Shown: positions 59,656 through 64,000 of the stretch, in pieces
Position numbering within the stretch: position 1 is the stretch's first letter
Layout: each line of letters opens with the position of its first letter
Source: Spirochaetia bacterium
Lineage (GTDB): Bacteria; Spirochaetota; Spirochaetia; SP-2023
Length of the DNA: 64,000 nt
Direction: 5' to 3'
Assembly (NCBI GenBank): GCA_965263295.1
Contig: OZ253665.1
Coordinates: 480,001 to 544,000 of the forward strand
Notes under the pieces: model-generated
The model's database searches: none
What the model saw: the letters and a program-made list of their open reading frames with translations, nothing else
What the model was told of the DNA's origin: nothing
Translations under genes and position numbers: made by a program

Positions 59656-60957
59656 TTAATCGTTAGCGCTGATTTTGTTGTTGCGTTGACGATTGCTCCA
59701 AACCTTAGGTGCATTTTCGGTCTGCTGCTTGTGTGACAAGGAGTGCTCAGGAACCAGGCGGGCCGAATAGTTCATATTTTCTACCTTCGTTTCAATGAGA
59801 CCGCGCGCCTCTGCTGAGGCCATGAACTTTTTAAACTGGCGAAAACCTAGATCGCGTACATTGATTTCGCGCTCGCGCAGGCGAGAGCTCAATATACCAT
59901 ACAGCAAGTAGCCTTCAGCGTCAGCGTCTTTATCCGCAATGCGGCCGTCGACAGCAGTAACTTGTTGTAGTATCGCGATCATCGCCTGCATAGCTTTTTG
60001 CAGAGTCAGATTGTTGCCCATCTTGCTATTTTCATCCTGCTCTACGACGCGAATAATTTGTTCTTCTTCATTATCGCCGTTTTCGGATGCCTCATTGCGG
60101 CGGTTTTCAATTGCGATATAATTGTTTTTCACCGCTGCAGCGATAAATTGGCTCCAGCGCCTGAATCCAAGCTTGAGCTCGTCAAAACCAGGATTGAGCA
60201 TGCGCATTTGTATTCGCAAGGAACTGAGGTTGATGGTTTTATCTTCATTATCCAGAGTCAGGACAGCTTCGCAGAGTTGGTTAAACCAGTAACTGTGGTC
60301 TTCTCCTTTGCCATCTCGCTCTTTGCGTTCGGATTTCTGATCGTTGGGGACTTCTTTGATCGTTTTACTGTCTTTAAGGCCATTCTTTGAATTGGCTTTG
60401 CCGTTTCCCTTGCCATTTTCCTTGGGCGACGGGACTCCGACGTCATTTTCCAGTTCATCATCATCGTCACGGCTAGGCAATAACTCATGGTAGTCCAAAA
60501 AATTATCTGCTATCATTAACAAGTCACGCGAAGCGTTGCGAATGTCGCAGATAATGTGGATGGTCTTACCCATGCGGTGCAATGGTCGCAGCAACGGGCG
60601 AAAATCACTATCTCCAGTGACCAGAAAATAGGTATCGATATGTTCGTAAACTCGCAGGCTGTCCAATGCATCCGAGACCAGCTGGATATCGGCGCCGTTT
60701 TTGCTCCGCTGATTGCGTCGATAGGGAAGGTGCACCATGTAAAAATGGTGTTGCGCCAGCTCCAGGCCCAATTGATTAAAACGTTTTTCGCTCCAGTCGG
60801 CATAAGCGTTTTGAATTAGCACTTTGCCCAGACCTTGAGCATATTCTAACAAGCCGTCTGTAAAGAACGAACCGCGCTTGGGTGTTACATTTTCAATGTC
60901 CCAAAAAATAGCAATATTACTCAGCTTTCTCTCGTGGTTCGGTTCGAATTCTTCCAT
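59656..60957 (-). CDS. NYN-domain protein with OST-HTH/LOTUS domains
   Basis: AIFWDIEN, AYADW, KNGADIQL, LVTGDSDF; two GF..(W/F) LOTUS-like segments. Confidence 0.9.
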   Translation of the reverse strand: MEEFEPNHERKLSNIAIFWDIENVTPKRGSFFTDGLLEYAQGLGKVLIQNAYADWSEKRFNQLGLELAQHHFYMVHLPYRRNQRSKNGADIQLVSDALDSLRVYEHIDTYFLVTGDSDFRPLLRPLHRMGKTIHIICDIRNASRDLLMIADNFLDYHELLPSRDDDDELENDVGVPSPKENGKGNGKANSKNGLKDSKTIKEVPNDQKSERKERDGKGEDHSYWFNQLCEAVLTLDNEDKTINLSSLRIQMRMLNPGFDELKLGFRRWSQFIAAAVKNNYIAIENRRNEASENGDNEEEQIIRVVEQDENSKMGNNLTLQKAMQAMIAILQQVTAVDGRIADKDADAEGYLLYGILSSRLREREINVRDLGFRQFKKFMASAEARGLIETKVENMNYSARLVPEHSLSHKQQTENAPKVWSNRQRNNKISAND

Positions 60958-60975
60958 TCTAATTTTTCCATATGT

Positions 60976-61986
60976 CTAGGTGTCACCCGGAATATTGCCG
61001 CTGGCATCGGTCGTAAAACTGACAGTTGAGCCAGAACTTTCTTGCGCGGGCTCAGCTGTCTCTAGTTCTTCTTGGGGTTCTTCTGGCTTGATACTTTCGT
61101 CGTAGCTGTCGGCGGCCAATTTAATTTTGTCACTCTGTAAAAATGTTAGCTGGTTGTCTGCCATGGTTTTCCACTGCTCTAAAGTATTGCGCCAACTGCC
61201 GGCAACCTGGTTGTCGCCACCGAGGAAACTCTCTTTGTCATCCAGTCCGTTAGCCTTTAATAACTCGTCTCCCAGCGAATCAACCTGCTGCCAGTAACGT
61301 ATGGCTTCGTCTTTTAAACCCTTGCGGGCAAAATAGTTGCCCAGATAGATACTGGCTACGAGCTGTTCGGGTTCTGGACCGCTGACGTCAGCCAAATTGC
61401 GCCACTGGGACACGGCCTTGTCCGCCTTGCCCTCGGAGTAAAACAGACTGGCCAGTTGCAGGATTGCAAGATTATGGAAGGTCTTATCTTCAAGTTCAAT
61501 AAGTTTTTCTAACGCCGTCTGCAAGTCGGTATTTTCTTTGAGGTGACGGGCTTTCTGGGCCTCAATCCAGTAACCCCAGGCTTGCACATTCTCATGCTTG
61601 GAGTCCGCTATTTCTTTCAATTGCCCTGCCAGGGCCTTTTCTGTTTCCTGGCGTTTCATTTTAGTATCTTCGTCCAAATCTAGTTGCTCATCGCTGTCTT
61701 GTCCTGCCAAGTCCCTGGCGGCTGTGAGCATATCCGCCGGCCGGGCATCTTTCCATTCTTTAAAAGCCTTGCGCAGATTGTAAACGAGCGTGGAGCTAGC
61801 CTGTAGCTGTCGCTGGGTCATGGTTGACGAAACACCCCAAGTTATTACTGCAGCAAGGATTACTAATACAGAAATAAAAATCAATTTGCGCTGGCGAAAC
61901 AGAAAATCTGAGATATGTTCTGCGGATGGACTGCCATGCTGCGTCGCTTGCCCCTGCTGTTTGGCATGGTGCTGCTCTTTGCTCAT
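60976..61986 (-). CDS. Membrane-anchored tetratricopeptide-repeat protein (YfgM-like)
   Basis: N-terminal TM helix followed by TPR-like helices (LQLASLFYSEGKADKA, YLGNYFARKGLKDEA). Confidence 0.7.
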   Translation of the reverse strand: MSKEQHHAKQQGQATQHGSPSAEHISDFLFRQRKLIFISVLVILAAVITWGVSSTMTQRQLQASSTLVYNLRKAFKEWKDARPADMLTAARDLAGQDSDEQLDLDEDTKMKRQETEKALAGQLKEIADSKHENVQAWGYWIEAQKARHLKENTDLQTALEKLIELEDKTFHNLAILQLASLFYSEGKADKAVSQWRNLADVSGPEPEQLVASIYLGNYFARKGLKDEAIRYWQQVDSLGDELLKANGLDDKESFLGGDNQVAGSWRNTLEQWKTMADNQLTFLQSDKIKLAADSYDESIKPEEPQEELETAEPAQESSGSTVSFTTDASGNIPGDT

Positions 61987-62557
61987 CGGATTACCTTACA
62001 ATCAATAATGTAGACTAGGTTATAAATAACCCAAAGACAATTCTACTAGTTTTAGTTGCTGAAGACAAGCTAAAGACAAAAGCTGACCTGGCCCAGTTTG
62101 CGAGAGAGCGGCTCATATGGTGAGCAAAAACAACTACGATCAGAACAAGTCAACTTTTTAAAGTAGGGCGACTTTTGTCGCGCTGGGTCGCCTGGGGCTG
62201 TGAGGGGAATTGAACTGGCACCTGTTGAAATGCTTGAGCTGAGAGTCATTTGAGCGCCGCTGCAAAACTACTGCAACAAGCGAATTTTCAAGAGCCCCTC
62301 CCCAAGAGCGTGCCCCTGGCTGGAAACTCTATTCGAAAACAGCTGGAAATCCATGTAAAAAGCGCTCTCGCGACAGTTTTGCCCAATATTTGTTATTTTA
62401 ATTTGACACTTCCTATTTATACTAAATAAGTATTTCATTGAGCGAGTTGACTATGTTTTCATTTATTGTATTATGGTGAATGGTTATATTATTTATCTAC
62501 TTTCATTGATAAACTTATGTTATTTTATTTACCTAATTATTAAATCAGGATATTTAT

Positions 62558-63304
62558 ATGATAGAGCTTAAAAACTTAAATAAATTTTATGGTGATAGTC
62601 ATGTCATAAAAAATGTCTCATTTCGGATAGATAAGGGCGAAACTCTAGTTCTTTTAGGTCGTAGTGGGTGCGGCAAGACAACTATACTCAAAATGATAAA
62701 CCGGCTGATTCCATTTGACTCAGGCGATATTTTGATTGACGGCATATCCGTTATGGATTGGGATCCCATTCAATTGCGCCGCAATATTGGCTATGTATTT
62801 CAGAATATTGGCCTCTTTCCGCATCTTAACATCTACGATAACTTGCTTGTCGTTCCTAGGCTGCTGCGCTGGACCTCGGAAAAGACCGCCAAGTGGCTCG
62901 ACAATGTAATGAATCTGTTGCAGATTGACAAAAACCTTTTGAAGCGCAAGCCGCGTCAGCTTTCCGGGGGGCAGCGCCAGCGTATTGGCGTGGGTCGGGC
63001 GTTGATGGGCAACCCCAATATCGTTCTGATGGATGAACCATTTGGCGCCCTGGATCCGATTACCCGCGAAGAAATTCAGGAAGAATTTTCGTCCGTGAAA
63101 CACTTGATTCAAAAAACTATCATTTTTGTGACTCACGACATTCATGAAGCATTTGCCATTGGTGACAAAATCTGCCTGTTTGAAGAAGGGCAGATAGCCC
63201 AGCTGGGCACGCCTTATCAGATAGTCCACGAGCCGGCCAACGAATTTGCCGAGCGCTTCATTGCGCGCCATTTGGGGATGCTAAAAAGGGAGATCAAAGA
63301 ATGA
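62558..63304 (+). CDS. Osmoprotectant (glycine betaine/carnitine/choline-type) ABC transporter ATP-binding subunit
   Basis: GRSGCGKTT, LRRNIGYVFQ, LSGGQRQR, LMDEPFGALDPITR. Confidence 0.92.
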   Translation: MIELKNLNKFYGDSHVIKNVSFRIDKGETLVLLGRSGCGKTTILKMINRLIPFDSGDILIDGISVMDWDPIQLRRNIGYVFQNIGLFPHLNIYDNLLVVPRLLRWTSEKTAKWLDNVMNLLQIDKNLLKRKPRQLSGGQRQRIGVGRALMGNPNIVLMDEPFGALDPITREEIQEEFSSVKHLIQKTIIFVTHDIHEAFAIGDKICLFEEGQIAQLGTPYQIVHEPANEFAERFIARHLGMLKREIKE

Positions 63305-63924
63305 GTTTCTGGACTTTTTTTGTAAAAAATATTGATGAGATTTTACTGCGTACTTTGGAGCATTTGCAGTTGACGGTTGTTTCGGTTGGCATTGCTATAT
63401 TGATTGGTGTGCCGCTCGGTCTGCTGCTGGTGCATTTTTACCGGGCGGCGCCTTCTGTCCAGTACATATTGGGTGTAATGCAGACTATTCCCAGTCTGGC
63501 CTTGCTCGGTTTTTTGGTTCCGATAGTCGGTATCGGTTTTAAACCCAGTGTTATCGCTCTGGTCATCTATTCGTTGCTGGTGATCGTGCAAAATACCATC
63601 ATCGGCATTAAGCAAATTGATCCGGCGATCATCGAAAGTGCCACCGGCGTCGGGATGAAAAAATGGCAGATTTTGTTTAAAGTGCAGATACCCTTGGCCT
63701 TGCCCGTTGTCATTACCGGGATTCGTGTGGCGACGGTAACCTGTGTGGGCATTGCTACTCTGGTTGTGGCCATCGGAGCCGGGGCCCTGGGGACTTTCAT
63801 TTTTCGGGGTCTGAATATCTTGGATAACAACATGATCTTGGCCGGGGCCATTCCTTCGGCGCTGTTGGCTGTCCTGCTGGATACAATCCTGATAATTCTG
63901 GGCAGGTTGCTAGATCCCAATTAA
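63301..63924 (+). CDS. Osmoprotectant ABC transporter permease
   Basis: QTIPSLALL, ESATGVGM EAA loop, GAGALG; ATGA overlap with the ATPase. Confidence 0.92.
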   Translation: MSFWTFFVKNIDEILLRTLEHLQLTVVSVGIAILIGVPLGLLLVHFYRAAPSVQYILGVMQTIPSLALLGFLVPIVGIGFKPSVIALVIYSLLVIVQNTIIGIKQIDPAIIESATGVGMKKWQILFKVQIPLALPVVITGIRVATVTCVGIATLVVAIGAGALGTFIFRGLNILDNNMILAGAIPSALLAVLLDTILIILGRLLDPN

Positions 63925-64000
63925 GATTTGCGCACGCTAAATTAGGAACTTAGGATTACATAAAAGACTAATTAATGAAACTTTTGATATAAAATTTGAC

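Overview
This window is mostly core chromosome of a spirochaete-like bacterium. The assignment rests on the 16S sequence, a spirochaete-type second EF-G and the rho-rpmE and coaE-SPOR gene order; no species can be named from the sequence alone. It holds about 45 CDS, including ispG, rpmE, rho, an HtrA-like protease, ftsH, coaE, PBP1A, an EF-G2-like fusA, dxs, ruvA, a spore-photoproduct-lyase-like radical SAM protein, pgm, tsaC and an osmoprotectant ABC transporter. There is one tRNA-Val(GAC) and a stand-alone 16S rRNA gene with its own promoter, processing stem and terminator. I found no CRISPR array, prophage or transposase. Best candidates for new biology: (1) an orphan, overlapping PksG-like HMG synthase plus PksH-like dehydratase (polyketide beta-branching cassette) with no PKS, ACP or KS nearby, in a genome carrying MEP-pathway genes; (2) a small basic CxxC-CxxC protein tightly linked to rpmE, a possible lineage-specific ribosomal protein; (3) a 1.6-kaa acidic protein built from nested, near-identical tandem repeats; (4) a five-unit 10-bp array over the dxs start codon; (5) a 16S helix 26 of about twice normal length; (6) an omptin-like barrel apparently lacking catalytic residues; (7) ruvA coupled to an SPL-like enzyme. 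Family assignments come from motif recognition by eye, not from database searches.
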